Assembly: GCF_002105155.1 (NCBI RefSeq)
Contig: NW_019029018.1
Location: forward strand, 124,001 to 188,000
Length of the DNA: 64,000 nucleotides
From: Lobosporangium transversale
Lineage: Eukaryota
Reading direction: 5' to 3'
The translations under genes were made by a program, and so were the position numbers. Within the stretch, counting starts at the first letter, position 1, and every line of letters starts with the position of its first letter. The notes under the pieces are model-generated. The model made no database searches and was not told where the DNA came from. It saw only the letters and a list, made by a program, of their open reading frames with translations. This document shows, one piece after another, positions 25,789-39,924 of this stretch.

Positions 25789-28271
25789 ATGACAGAAGAC
25801 AATGGAGAGCAATTGTATTCTCCTGACAATACTCAAGAAAATGAAGCAAATAGTAGTGTTGCCTTAAAGCAAGTGGATAGTGTGTGTGAGGAGACTACTT
25901 GTATCTTGTCCAATCAGGCAAACGTGACAGAAAATACCAAGGTGGTTATCACTACGAACGAAACTGTCGAGCTTTGCAATGTTTCTAAGAAACGTAAAGT
26001 GGATGATGACAAGAGTGTAAATAAAGCCCACGCTGACTCAGGTATGCCGAATTGGAATGACCACAATAATTTGTTGAGCATATTATTTCTTATATACCGT
26101 TATAAATGACTATACCTTTGTTTCATAACCTATCAATTTCTAAGACGACGAAGCGGCGCAAGGCATATCCAGGCAGGCTCGCAGGTTGCTTAAGAAGCAA
26201 AATAAGAAGGTTGCCAAAAAGTCACAGGGTAATAATGGTCGGCCTTGCTTCATGCTCAGTCGTGATTACAACAAACTCAGCATCAAGGTATGTTGCTAGA
26301 TTCATGATAACGGAGCATGTATGCGCATTGAGTATAATATGCCAATTAATAATTTGCACATATTTCCTAGGATCTACGAGACCTTGTCATCTACTTGTTA
26401 ACCGAGACTAAAACATTACCATGGATCATGGTCAAAAACAAATTCAACATCGACAAAGTCCTGCTTCTCTATGTTCCAGGGCTGGATCCACAGTTTTTCA
26501 ATATCGATCTTCAGGATCCAGAGTCAAGTAAACCTATCATATGGACGCAGAAAGCTAAAACAGGAGCTGTAACAGAATTTAGCCATCTCCCAAAGTTTTT
26601 CGATACCATGAATGTGATGAAGGCTGGAGGTGACAGATACAGAGTACATCCTCCTGTGGATACGCTTCTTAGTGTACCTTTAAGCAATTCTGAGAAGACA
26701 AAGAGAGAGCAGGAATTAAAATCAAGTAAGATATAGTACTCTCTATATAATGCAGGTAGAAACACAACTCCGCATTGAGCGCTAAGAGCTAACTAGGATT
26801 CTTATTCGAAACTACTAGAAAAGGACTTGGCCAGAATGCTTAAGCCAGAAAACTACATGATGACATTGCAGCAATTACGTGAGCATGAATTCCCTCTGCC
26901 AAGTTACTTGGGCGATAAGAAGGCAGTCCAGGATGGCTGGATCGAGACAGAGCAGCGTATTGCAGAGTCAACACCAAAAAAAATGATTGCAATGGATTGT
27001 GAGATGGTATGGATCTCCTAGAGCTTTCTTGCCTGTTCTATGTCCTAGATCTAGCACTATTTCTCTGACACGCACATATTTCAATTCCGCTTCTTAGTGT
27101 CGAACAACTACTGGTTCAGAACTCACGCGCATCTCCTTGATCGATGAGGAAGGCACCACAATCTATGATCAACTGGTTTTGCCTGATAACCCAATTGTGG
27201 ATTACTTGACGCAATATTCTGGTATGACAGCAGAGCGGCTGAAAGGTATCACAACAAGACTGGTCGATGTTCAAAAGAAGCTGAAGGAAATGATCACGTA
27301 TAATACGATTCTGGTCGGACACTCGCTCGAGAATGATATGAGAGCATTGAAGGTATTTATCTTGAATGATTCATCGCTTGATGAGTAATATATTAAGATA
27401 ATCTATCCTAACGTCCTCCTCATGTATCAATGTGGATCCAACATCCAAATAGTTTGCTCATCCGTTCATTATTGATACAACAGTCGTGTATCATCATACG
27501 CGTGGACCACCTTTTCGAGCGTCATTAAAGTGGCTCGCTCAGAAATGGCTTTCAAGAAGGATTCAGCAAGGTGGTGACCATGGGCATGATTCAGTCGAGG
27601 ATGCTAAAGCCTGTATGGACCTTGTGAAGCTTAAAATCAAAGAAGGGCCAGGATTTGGCGAGTACAATAGAGATGAAGAGTCAATCTTTTCACGAATGTC
27701 ACGACACACTACATCGAGGACCTCTGCGATTATCGATTGCGAACATGTTTCAGGGCAGGGGAGTGCTACAGCTGTCATTAAAGCTTCAAGTGATGCTGAG
27801 GTCGTGAAGGCTATTCCAAAGGCAATAAATGAGCACAACTTTGTTTGGGCCAGGCTCCGAGTCCTGGAGATCAATCACGGTGTCACTTCAGCATCGCTAG
27901 CCCAAGATGGCGAAAATGAAAGACAAGATCAGATCGACGATATCAAACCTTGTGACAAACCGGCGAGCTCCATCGATGTCGAGGTGACTGATGAGGAGTT
28001 GCGGAAAGCGGCAAAGAATATTGACCAAAGTATCGCTGAAATTGTAGAATCATTGCCTGATAATACAGCAGTGATCATGACGAGCGGACAGGGTGATCTT
28101 CGGGAGGTTCGGCGGTTACAGGCACTTCAAAGCAGATTTCGGAGGTTGTATAACACTCATAGTTTGAGTATGATTCCTAAGGAGGATCAATTTTCGGATG
28201 AGGATCAAAAGGCGCTTGAGGCAGCTGTGAACAGGGCTAAGAACGGTGTATGCTTCTTTATGGTGAAGTGA
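25789..28271 (+). CDS. RNH70: DEDDh 3'-5' RNA exonuclease, REX1/Rnh70 (REXO5-like); ~6 exons
   Basis: AMDCEM|C, LTRISLID, PDNPIVDYLTQYSGMT, VGHSLENDMRAL, IIDT, SLKWLAQKWL and GHDSVEDAKACMDLV. Confidence 0.9.
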
Positions 28272-28727
28272 TGGAGTAAGAGCGATTGAGGACAAAAAAA
28301 AAAAAAAGATGAATAAGCCAGACATTTATCTCTGAACTACATTGCTCAACATGCGTTGCTCTTGTAAAATATGATCTTACCGCGATCGAGATAATCTCTT
28401 GAGTGAATAGAGGTGACAAGCAAATTGGGGATGTTGGTATGCCAAGCTTGCATATTGAATTAAGGTGAACAATACCAGAGATAGACGCGTAGTTCTTTAT
28501 GGTCACAAGAATGGAATAGCTACTCTCTAGGCTAACTTCAAGTGAATCAAATCAGAAATAGCGCATAAAAGCGATCTAGTATAAATACTAAAAAAAAAAA
28601 TGTTTTGGTGCCAATTTTTTTTATCTCTCACCTAAATCGACGTTCTTTAACCCCTCTCTGTTTTTCACACACCACTCCACTCACTCAACTTTGCAATATC
28701 TTTTTCAATCCTTCACACTCTCTTCAA

Positions 28728-28850
28728 ATACACAATCACCGCACTCACATAAACACATAGAATCAACACACACATACTCACACATACACCCATACACACA
28801 CATACACACATACGCACATATACACAACCACACAAACACGCATTCACAGA
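28728..28850 (+). repeat. CA/TACA-rich imperfect microsatellite in the 5' region of the 28870 gene
   Basis: Runs of cacacatac/cacata. Confidence 0.85.
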
Positions 28851-28869
28851 TTGAAAAGAAGGCGCTCCA

Positions 28870-30039
28870 ATGAAGTTGTTCAAGATCGACTTTGGAATCA
28901 AAGACCGCTATCGACGGGGCCTGGCTCAAGGCACCAGGGCTAATCGATCACCTCAATCAGAGGTCTGTTTGTTTGTTTGTTTGTTTGGCAAGATACTCCT
29001 TGTTGTCATGAGCAGAACCTTTCTTTTTTGTTTTTATTGTCTCTTAACGCTTCTCTCTTGCACAACAAATTGACAACAGGCATCAGCGACGTTTAGTAAT
29101 CCCGAAAATGATCATGATCCACACCACCAAGCAACCTCCCCTTCATCACCCTCAGCCCTTTTTTCTGCAGGGACTCCATCACTCAAATCGCGGGATGAAC
29201 GTATGGAGCAATGGAATGAACTAGGGACCTCATCTTTAGAGACATCAGCGGTGATAGAGGAGGCTAGCTTTAATAATGAAGTTAATAGCAGTGTTCATCC
29301 TTTTACGACAGCTGTGGCACACCCCCATGCTCGCGGAAGTAATCGACATGTGGGACAGGAATATGACAATGAATATGAACATGAGCAACTGAACGACGGA
29401 TATCTACCATCTGCATCCTATGTATCTTCATCCACAAAAGATAACCTGTCCTCTTCATCATATTTACTCTCACCATCATCTTCATACTCCTCAGATGACG
29501 ACGAGGGAAGCGACGAGGGAAGCGACGATGGATCAGAAAGCGATGGGTCACAAGAAGATGACGATGCAAGTGATCAAGAAGTTGATTCGCCAGGTTTCAG
29601 TCTTAGTCAAGCTCGGCAACATCATCGTAGCCAATCCCAACATCTCTACCAATCCCAATATCTCGACTACTATGGAAGGGGTTATAATGTAGGCGAACAC
29701 GCAGGTTTTCTACCTCCAGCACCGGTACCAGCAATTGTGCCAGCATCAGATAGAGAGGCGTTAGAGCAAGAGGCAAGACAACGCAGATTTGAGAGACATA
29801 TTGACAAAAGACGTCAATCTTTGAATGGAACACAGCCACCTCCGTAAGGGACCAAAAAAAAAAAAAAAAAAAAAAGTTTTGATAATATATATCCTATATG
29901 CCTTTATTACTAATATCGCTTCATTGTGTATCAATGCGCCCCAATAACTTGTAGTGCCCCACGTAGGAAAAAAAGAAAAAAAGGCAAAGATCTTCGAAAG
30001 CAGGTTCTAATGAAGAATGCACAGCAGTTACTGGATTGA
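28870..30039 (+). CDS. Hypothetical low-complexity acidic protein with a basic NLS-like C-terminus; exons 28870-28962, 29080-29843, 29955-30039
   Basis: Three exons join in frame through GT-AG introns; Ser/Asp/Glu-rich middle; ends PAPRRKKRKKGKDLRKQVLMKNAQQLLD*. Confidence 0.7.
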
Positions 30040-30770
30040 GCGGAAAGAGGGAGAGAGGATTTGCGAAAATCCCTTTTTCAAAAATTATATTTTCTTGCAT
30101 ACCACAATATTCAAGAGGATGAAAGAAGAATGACGAAGAACATTGATCGTGATAATGTTAGAGCCAAAAAAAAAAGAAAAAGAAAAAAAAAAAATTTTTT
30201 TTTTACCCTCCTGTTTATGGAATAAAAGATAAATCACTTCTGTATCATACATATAATTTTATATTATAAACCCACAAGTAACCTTCTGGAGCAGAGGAGG
30301 AGTCCATCCAATGCAAATTAAATGGTAGAGTTGAAAGTGAACAAACACAGAGTGAAGTTGTTCATGATAATGAATGAGTTGACCTCCACGAAAGATGTAT
30401 TTTAAAACGTGAAATTAAGGTCATATGTATTGGTACACTTGACACAAAACAGTTTATAAAATATCTTCCCTCCTAGTCAGTATCCAAGAGGACACCCTCT
30501 CCCAGAACGACTGGCGTCATGGCGTTAAAAATGTCGACGTTTTTTTTCTTTTTTTGTATGTCATGTGCGCCAATATATGAGACTGTAAATTTCACGTTTT
30601 AAAAGACATCTTTTGTGGAGGTCAATTCATTCATAAAAACCACTTTCAAACTGTGCTTCTTAATTGTGTCAATATACAAAGTGTAATAAAAGGGATAATC
30701 TTTCCAAGTATTAAAGATGGGTTTAGTTTATTATACAAATGGATATAGTCTTGTTGTGTCTGAATATTAT

Positions 30771-32595
30771 TTAGTACTTTGTGATGGCATACTCGGCCTC
30801 CTTGGCAGCACGTGCTGCCTCATTAATCGAGGGACGTTGCTTACGTGGGGTGTAAAAGTAAGATGCAATGCAGTACAGAATAAGGCCAAAGAGACCGATA
30901 CCAGAATATGCCCAACCCTTAGTGGATGATGACATTTCAGCGCTGGCAAAGGCGGGTTCAAGGACCATAATCAGAATAGAACCGAATGAAGTAGCCAGCA
31001 ACCAGAATGCTGTTGAAACTGCACGGAACTGACGACCAGCTTCAATATACGTGAATTGAACACCAGTGGGAGAGAAAAGCGCCTCACCGAGCGAGAGGAG
31101 GACCCATTGAGGGAACTGCAACCAACCAGAGTAGCACTCTTTGCAGTATGTTCCGTCATACTTGGCAGGTTCCGCCATGTCGCGGCCAGATTTTTGGAAG
31201 GCATCCTCAATCATAGGAGCAAGGGCAGCAGAGAGAGCGAATGATACAATAACGAGGAAGAAGCCAGCTGCCATACGACGCTGAGGACCAAAGTTCCATC
31301 CACGGCGGGAGCAGAATGGGTAAACAAATGTGGCAAGGATTGGAACGAAGATAATGAGAAGGATTGTGTTGATGTTGGAAAACTGAGCAGACTGGATGTA
31401 TGACTGCGCGGGATTGTTGCCACCGAAAAGTGCTCCGTTCATGAGATAGTATTGGTTGGACCATTCGTTCGAGTTCTGATTGTACAACATCCAGCAGAAT
31501 GACATTGGAATCACAACTGGGACAAGGACAAGGCCAAAGTCACGGACCTCTTCCACAAACACTCCTCCATATTTCTCCTCTGCAAAATTAAGCCAGTGGC
31601 CCTTGGCTGCACGCTCCTCAGCAGAAGCAGCAAAGTACCCATTGGCAGCAAAGACTGCAGCCTTGGTGGCCTTCAAAGGAAGGAACTCGCCCAGTGGAGG
31701 CACGATTCTGTAGTAACGATGACCAGCAGCAAAAATAGCGTAAGCACAAGCAAAGACGAGTGTAGGCAAAAGGAAAGCGCCCGCAAAACAAGTCTCCTGG
31801 CCATAGCAATGGATCTTGCTGATTTCTGGGACGATGAATTGAGTCAACAAGGCTCCAACGTTGATGGAGACATAGAAGATGTTGAAGAAGAAGTCCTTTG
31901 CGGCTTCCTGGCTAGGAAGATACTGGTCGCCACCATGGGATGAAACACAAGGCTTGATACCACCAGTACCAATAGCGATGATGATCATGGGCAAGAAGGT
32001 GAGGAACTTGGAAACCTGTCCGATTGGTCCAATCAAGTTGGGAATAGCAAAAACAGTGACCATGATCATGCCGATCATGTAGACACCAGAGAACGAGATG
32101 ATGGTCCACCTTTAACATATCATAATAATAGCAATAATAATAAGAAAAATAACGTCAGCATCATCTTGCAGGAGATACAATATTAAGATTGCTTATGTTT
32201 TTACATGCATTGAATACTACTAACCATTTTCCAAGGAAGGAGTCAGAGAGAGCAGCACCGATCAAGGGGAAGAAATAGGCCAACATGGTGAAGGCTGTGG
32301 AGTAGACCTTAGCATCGGTTTTGTTCATACCAGTGATAAGCTGGAAGTACTTGTTCAAGTTGGGTTGGACACCATAGTAACAGAAACGTTCACCAAACTC
32401 GTTGGGCAAAATGAAGTAACAAGCCTTTGGCATCTTGTTGGGATTCGCCATCAACTTTGCATCCAACTCGGCATTGAGACGAGCCTCCAACTCGAGAAGT
32501 TCTTTCTCATGATCTGTCAGCAGATCCAGAGGGTTAATCTCCTTTCCATCATGGATGGAGACCTCAGTGCCTTTAATATCGTGCTTTTCGGACAT
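30771..32595 (-). CDS. PTR2: POT/PTR-family proton-dependent oligopeptide transporter; exons 32595-32225 and 32109-30771
   Basis: EFGERFCYYG (ExxER), GAALSDSFLGKW, GTGGIKPCVSSHGGDQY and FFNIFYVSINVG. Confidence 0.95.
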
Positions 32596-34293
32596 TGCTG
32601 AGGTTGTATTATAGAGTGAGAAAGGGAGAGGAAGTGGGAAGCGAAATTAAAAAGGAACTCGGGGTTTGTCGAGAACCGCGCGGAGATGCGTGGAGAGAGG
32701 AAAGAGAAGAGGATGAGTTTTCACTAAGGAACTAAAAAAAAAAAGGGGGAAGAGTGTGGAAATTGGCGGGTACTTATATTACGTGTGTTTGTGCAGTGTG
32801 TGGGCCAAATGCGCGAACAGACAGACGAGACTGGATAGAAGGCTGACAGTCTACATGTGCAGCTTTTAATTGAATAGAAACTTTAGAATCTTTGGAATTG
32901 GTAAGGTTGCTGATTCAATGTTTGATTCAAGTATATAATCAATTTGACGGGGCTTGGTAAGAAAGAAGAAAAAAAAAGGGCCAAAATAACTGTTTTTGTT
33001 TGTTTTGGAGACTAACTTTCAGATTAAATGGTGCATAACATGTATGGATCGCCTTCTATGCCGTTTTGTGAGCTCAGGTTCTTCTGAGCATGTACATGTA
33101 CAGTATTATACAGTATATATTTTCAAAAACAAAACTATGAACGTCCATATCATAGCCTGGACCTTTTCTTTTTTCTTTTGTTTTATTTTCGTGATTGTTC
33201 ATTCGTCAATCCCGTCATTGGTGGCCACTTCAGTATTTGTGTATATGTATTTTGTTCTAACTTTCTATATCCAGTCGTGGGAAGAACTAGTTTAATCTAT
33301 CCATGTGTTGAAAAGTGACAAATCAGTCTTCTTTCATTCATGTCTTCAAGTCTTTGCATTCATATACATAAATGTATATTTGCCGAAAACACGTCGCCTG
33401 TTTCCTAATTTCGCTGAGAATGTCCTATTAAAAAAAAAAAAAAAAATGTCCGATTAGCTCTTGAAACGATCGTTCTAGCCCTTCCAGATGAGACCCCGGT
33501 ATTTGAATATCCGTCCACTTCAAGGAATCCATTCTTATATCTTGAGAAAGCCAAATCCAGATAATGTTTAGCTTGAACTCTTTTTTAATTTTTCATTTTA
33601 CAAAGAATATCTTATATATATATATACCATAATTGACTGGATCTTTGCATACCTCAATAAAGGTGAGCAAATAGCTATAGTTTCGTTTGTAGCCTTACGT
33701 CTGAAGTGATGATTAACCTGAGTGTACAGTATAAGAGTGTCTATATGTTTGTATAAATATATTTAACATAGACTACATGGAGATATTCATTTCCGAGTTG
33801 TCCAGTTTGAATATGCTTGTTAACTTTGATCGAAACGGATGTGATTCCGTGGGATCATGCGATGGAGTGAACACGAAAAAAAAAGATTGGATGTCGTGCG
33901 TGTGAATACAAACAACGTATTCATTCTCCAGTATAAAACCGTCTTTTAATGTAAGCACTTGATTAGACAAACATTCAAAACTTGTTTTTGCCAAACAAAT
34001 AAATAAAGCCAAGATAAAAAGATTCGGTACATGTACAATAAGTTAGTGTAAAAAAAAAAAAAAAAAAACATCCATGCACACAGAAAAAAAAAAAGAAAAA
34101 TACTTTGAGTGTGGGAAGAAAAAAAAAAGCCAATGGTTTTTAGTTCTGAAGAGAGAGTTGAAGGAAACGCCGCTTGCTACAGTAGAGGATTTCTTTTGAT
34201 TTGTTTGCCATCCTTATGATCCATTACATTTGTTTTATTTTTTTTGAAACTGAGGAGCTTGTCAACGAAAGCATTGTTTAGAAAATCCATCGC

Positions 34294-34325
<32 letters not shown>

Positions 34326-35398
34326 CGAAGGATATCCCTGTGCGGATGAACGATAGATGATATTAGTTTTCTATGCCACTTCGAACTGGAAGTCCGGATT
34401 GATGAGTTACCGACCTGATTAAATATTAACCGCAATGGTTTATAAACGCGTGGCATTCTGGATGTTCTTTTTCTTCTAATTCACACAACAGTAGCGTGAG
34501 CCTGCAAACTTAAAAAGTCAAAAGCCCCCCCACTTTCAACATGGGATGAATGCATTTATATAATAAATATATATATTTATACAATATCAATATATATGTC
34601 TCTTTAATCTATTGCCCTACACTTTCTAAATTGAAATGTTGACATAAACTTTCTTTTTATCATTTTTTCCCAAAGATTAAGGTTCTGACGAATGATATCT
34701 CTCGCTTCAAAGTTCAGGCGACCAAAGACCATGGCAAAACGGCCAAAAGCTTGTCCTTTGTGGACCTTGATACACATGTACACTCATCATTCACCCTACT
34801 TTCTCTTGGGCTGTTACACTTGGGGGGGGCCAATATTTCCTCAGAATTTTCCCGTGTTTATTATTTATATGAATGCAAAAAAAAAAAAAAAAAAAAAAAA
34901 GACGTGGCATCGTCATTTTTATGGATACTTTCGCCAGTTTCCCTGCAAACCCTTCTCTTGTCTACCAGCAAAGTATTCACCAAAAAAAAATCTCTACTAT
35001 TTAGTGGGTATGTATGCCAGGTGTATCGTATAAAAAATGTCAAGAGTGGGATTTTTTTGTATTTATTTGCATTCGTTAGCCAATGTCAACAAATGGTACA
35101 GAGTTATATAGTTCATTGAATTTCCCGAACAATAGGCTGAACGTGATAAGCTATCATGTACAAGATGCACAGATGCAGGCCGAAATCTATCCAGAGGGAA
35201 AAAAAAAAGCACATGTATTATATGTAGTCTAGCCTTCGATCGTCACTAGTAAACTAGACTAAGTATCAAATTGATTTGCAACAAAAATGAAACGGAAAGT
35301 GGTTCTAGAGTAAATATCTAAAGAGAATTGTAGAAATAAGCATACCACAAAAGAGATTGTTCATTTAAGAATTATTTTTTTTTAAAAAAAAAATAAAG

Positions 35399-38339
35399 TC
35401 AAAGCATGCGAAGGACTTTTCCCACGCACTTGGTTCCACCATGTCGGAACAAGACAGTTGTGCCTTCACGCATGAATTGAACATCATGGCAAAACTGGAA
35501 CACAACACGCGCTCGACTGCCTGTGCGCAGTTCCACAGGATCCTCATCCACTTGATCACACTCAGTCTGCCCTGTCAGTACGTTAACCGGCTCACACCCC
35601 GTATCAGATTGATCAACGGCGATTGAATCTTTGATTTCAGTGCTTTGAGGCGTAATTAGGCTTGGTGTATGATTATCTTGTCGCACAGAGAGCCTCCTGA
35701 ACGATCGCATTGTACTTATAGGGATCATTCCATCTGTGCCACCTTCATCAGCCTCCAAGTGGTGTCGGCGTGTTCGTGGCCGATAGCGGGGCCGGTTATC
35801 TAGATCGTCGCTCATATTCTCCTCATGCAGGGAGTTTGATCTCGAAATAATGATTGATTCGGGAATGGAGGATCCTGTCCCTGATTCATAATCTGAGCTA
35901 GGCGACCTAGATCGCGTACTTTGTAAATAGTCCTTTTGGTTATTTCGATTCAATACTCCTGATGGGAGAGCTTCTGCTATAGGGGATCTTCCAAGGTCAT
36001 CAGTGCTGTCTAAAAGCGTAGGTGTTGAGAGATTCTCCACACTCTCCTGAGTTGAGCCAGGCAATAGTTCAATCTTGACAACCCTTGCATTCTGATGCAC
36101 AGACCCACAATGGATCATTCCTTGATATCCAACCCCGAAAATCCCTTCATGCGCTAGTACCTCGATGACTGCCTCAAATTTTTGACAGCAAGTGCCTCTA
36201 GGGTCTGTGTCACTCTCTAAAACAACCATTCCGCGGCGAACTTTGACTCTTGTCAAGCCAGGTCCATCAATTGCCAGCGTTGCGGTGTGTCCTGAATCGA
36301 TTGATCGCATTGACATGCGTTGACGATGGATAGACTTAACGACTACGGGTATGAAGCTCCCATCCCTGTCAACAGGTCCAAGATAAAGTCGCATGTTTTG
36401 TGCACCCTGTGATGCCTTGCTATGGTCATGGACTTCAATCTTCCCTGCATGTAAGAATCCTCCTACTACAGTGCCTATATCTAAAATGGCAATAGCAATA
36501 TTGTTTTGATAGCTTAGTTTTTGCTATTATACTAGGTCAGTATAGCAAACGAACACTCTATCTGGCCCTATTCAATACCTGGTATATTGTAAATCTCTTC
36601 GATTTGATAGCAAGCTGGCTCTTGTAGGTATGAGCCACCGTGAATGTTCAAACCTGGTTTGGGCAGCAGGAATAAGAATTTCTCCAACAGGTTCACGTTT
36701 TCCCCAGTCACACTTGAGAGAAGTAAGATTGGGATCGCAACACTGTTTGTCTCTTGAATGGTAGACTCGTCTGAGAACCGCTTCACGGTAGTTTCTAGGT
36801 CCCTCTCGTTGTGTACAATCACAGGAGCAAATGTCTGTAATGAATGACCAGCATTATTGCCTGCTGTTGATGATGTTGATGTTGTAGACTGTTCAAATCG
36901 GTGAGATTGCGCCGATATTCCTGTGTCAATGTTGACAGCATTGATAGATGGGATGCAAGATGGACTAGAGTGTCGAATCAGTGTCATCAATGCAGTAACT
37001 GTGGCTCTTAGTTGATCGCGTGTTGCAACATCCATCTTCGTTACTACCACGAAAGTGGGAAGGCCTAAAGTTACAGCCAGTGCCAAATGTTCCTTTGTCA
37101 TCTCATTAACGCCTCCTATTCGTGAATCAACAACCAGGCAAGCATAATCCGGGGCGTGTCCAGTTAATCCCGATATAGTAGTTTTAAGGAATCGGGGATG
37201 CCCGCAGGTGTCTAATAAGGTTACCACTTTAGCAGAAGACTCACAGATCTCTTGCCAACTGGAGATGTTGGTAGTGCTATAGTTGACAGTCGCTCCCTTG
37301 GCTGTGAAACCAATGATCTCATGTGAGATGGAAGATGTCCTGCCTGTGCTTATTTCATGGCGATGGCGAAGTAGATTCAGCCCTGAAAAGTGGGATAGAG
37401 AAAAGAATAGGTCCAAAGACTATATCAGAAAACATATAGAGTGAAGCAAATCCATATTCGTTTCATGCTGCAACATGACATACGTGCTTTTCCTCTGCCG
37501 TTATCTGCAATGCCATGAGCCAATCTCCCCAATAGCGTTGACTTTCCAGCATCCGGTCCTCCGACTAGTGCAACTCTGATCTCTAAAAACTGATGTTCCT
37601 CCACTAGCCTTGACGTGACTTTAGCTTCCACTACCAAGTACTCAGGCTTCGTCTTTGGTGAGCCACTATTAGCGGAGAGTTGTTTGCGGGCAATGGCTGA
37701 TGAACTAGATGATCCATCTTGAATCGCTTCGTTCTGTTGGGTGGATTCAACAGAAACCTTTCGGAGGACAGTGACATCTGCTTTTAAAAAATCCGCCATA
37801 CGATGTAACGTTTGAAGAGAGACCTCCATATCCTGAGGTGACAGGCCTACAAATGAACCGTCGTCTGCTACACCGATCTCATAAATTGCGCTCCCGTTGC
37901 CTTCTGCCAATCTATTGCATTTCATGGATAAAAAAAAAAAAAAAAAAAACTCAGCCATAGCGCTTTTCCTTCCATGATTGCGGGTCTCACAAGATGCGAA
38001 GAGTTTGCTTTGTATACTTACCTCCATTTTAACTGAGTAACCAAATGTTCGAATCGATCTGGTGCAGTTGCGATCAATTTAAGCTGCAGAGTATTAATTA
38101 CGTAGACAATAACCAAATAAAAGAAGTTAAAGTGATCGTTAAGCAAGGATCTGCAAGGGGGTTGAGGAAGGAGATACATGTTTTTGTAATTAAAACTGGG
38201 CGAAGTCCAGTTCCGATTCTTTTTCTCTTACCTTATACTCAATATTTCCCTCAATATCAATCTCTGGTGGAAGTGAACCCTGATGGTTCTCCCACGGCGA
38301 CAATTCTATGGCAGCAGATGGCACTGGAAAAGTAGCCAT
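35399..38339 (-). CDS. GTPBP2: GTPBP1/GTPBP2-family translational GTPase; ~5 exons
   Basis: [44 protein letters not shown]1 [25 protein letters not shown]3 DTCGH; G4 TKMD; domain II/III motifs LGP..DGSF, KSIHRQR and GGTKCVGKV. Confidence 0.9.
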
Positions 38340-39924
38340 TATACTCTGCGCTGGTCTGTGTTCTGGAATCCAGTTGAGTCAGAGTAAATGAAGAAAGAGT
38401 TGGAATGTCCAGTACTAAAGCTTACTAAGCCCTATAAGCAATGATGGTGTGTTGTTACTGTTGTTGGCGTTACCGAAAGAGGAATGAGTATTGTTGTGTG
38501 TTGTAGTGCAAACTGCGAAGCGTTCGGCTATTCATCTGTCTTGACTAAGTTTAGTTGCGTTTTTGTTATAGTTTTAAAAAGACAATGACAGGGGGGAGAG
38601 AGATGAATGCACTCAATGAATGCACTCGATGAATACGAACTAAGCTCTAAAAAAACTAGGTAAGCAGTCTAATTAGGCCTTTTTTTAACCTAAATATTAT
38701 CGACTGCGGCTGCTCTTGATAATGTTGACTCATACCTTATTCACTGCTCTGATTGTACCAACCAGCCAGGGTGCAGAGTGTTCGGTAATGAAGAGGCACT
38801 AAGACTATTCCACGTCAAAGCCTTCATGGTGGAGGCGCGGAACTGTGTCAGTTGATTGATCTAGGGTCCCAGACTTCGCAACAAACACGAATCCGCTCTC
38901 GTGTAGCCTATGGCCTTGACAGTAATCTTGCAGATTGGTTGATGACTGCCACTGAACCATAGACGAAGCCCGTTTCCTCCGTCATCATGAGGATAACACT
39001 GTGAGGGTAATAAGTGAAACACAGTCACATGTTTGAACTGAGAGGGGTAGAGTTCTGGCCCAAAAACAAAGGAGCCTGGACATCCTTGCTTACATCGTGT
39101 GGACTACATTCAAAAGTGAATAAACGATGGATTGGTACTCTGGACTTGGGCGGGCGTCCGAATCTAAATCGATAGTATACAGGATTCCGAGTAATATCAG
39201 ATGATTTCGAAAAGCAATGTTGCTGCTATAAGTTAAAAGTTAAACGCGGCCAAAGAACGTATCCAAAACATTTTTATTTTGCAAAGATAAAGTCTGTTCA
39301 TAGGGACGAGCTGATCCATTTGGTTATTTGAATCTTGGTCATAAAACACCCTTGCAATATATCTAAGGCTGGATTCCATATCCGATGCTGGTGCAAATGA
39401 CTAACATGAGTTAGACCAACAGACATCATCTCGTCTCTAAGATTAAAATGTTGTACATCTTTATATATACTACAGTTCTGTTTAAGACATGCTGCACAAT
39501 CCATTATAGACTGACAATACATGCGTTTGACTTTGATGATTTGGATTTCAGAAGCAATGATTTGGGGGGATGAATTTATTATGTCTTCGGATGTCCGCCT
39601 TGATACTGCAGCCTATGTAGCAATCTTAATGTAGCATGTATAAAAAGTAATAGAGACTCTAACAATATGAGGTGCTTCGGCCAACATTCACTGATGAAAT
39701 AATAATCTTTATCTGTTACATGCGAGGGGATCGCGATTAGTGAATGCTAGCATTTTGTTAAAAGAGAAGGATAGTTTATATGTGTTCTCAAGCACACTAA
39801 CCAATTTTGGCAAGTTGGGTGACGCAATTGGGCCGAGATTGTGCTGTTCTCTGGAGCTGTAAGTGAATATCATTTGTGTGCAATTGAAGGTTTTGATCCT
39901 CCTTTCAAATTTACTCATACCAAA

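Noticed and set aside
38940..38990. TGATGA plus AAGCCCGTTTCCT (partial LSU rRNA complement) as a C/D snoRNA
   Set aside because: No D/D' box directly follows the guide-like stretch, and the C-box-like motif pairs with a downstream TCATCA.
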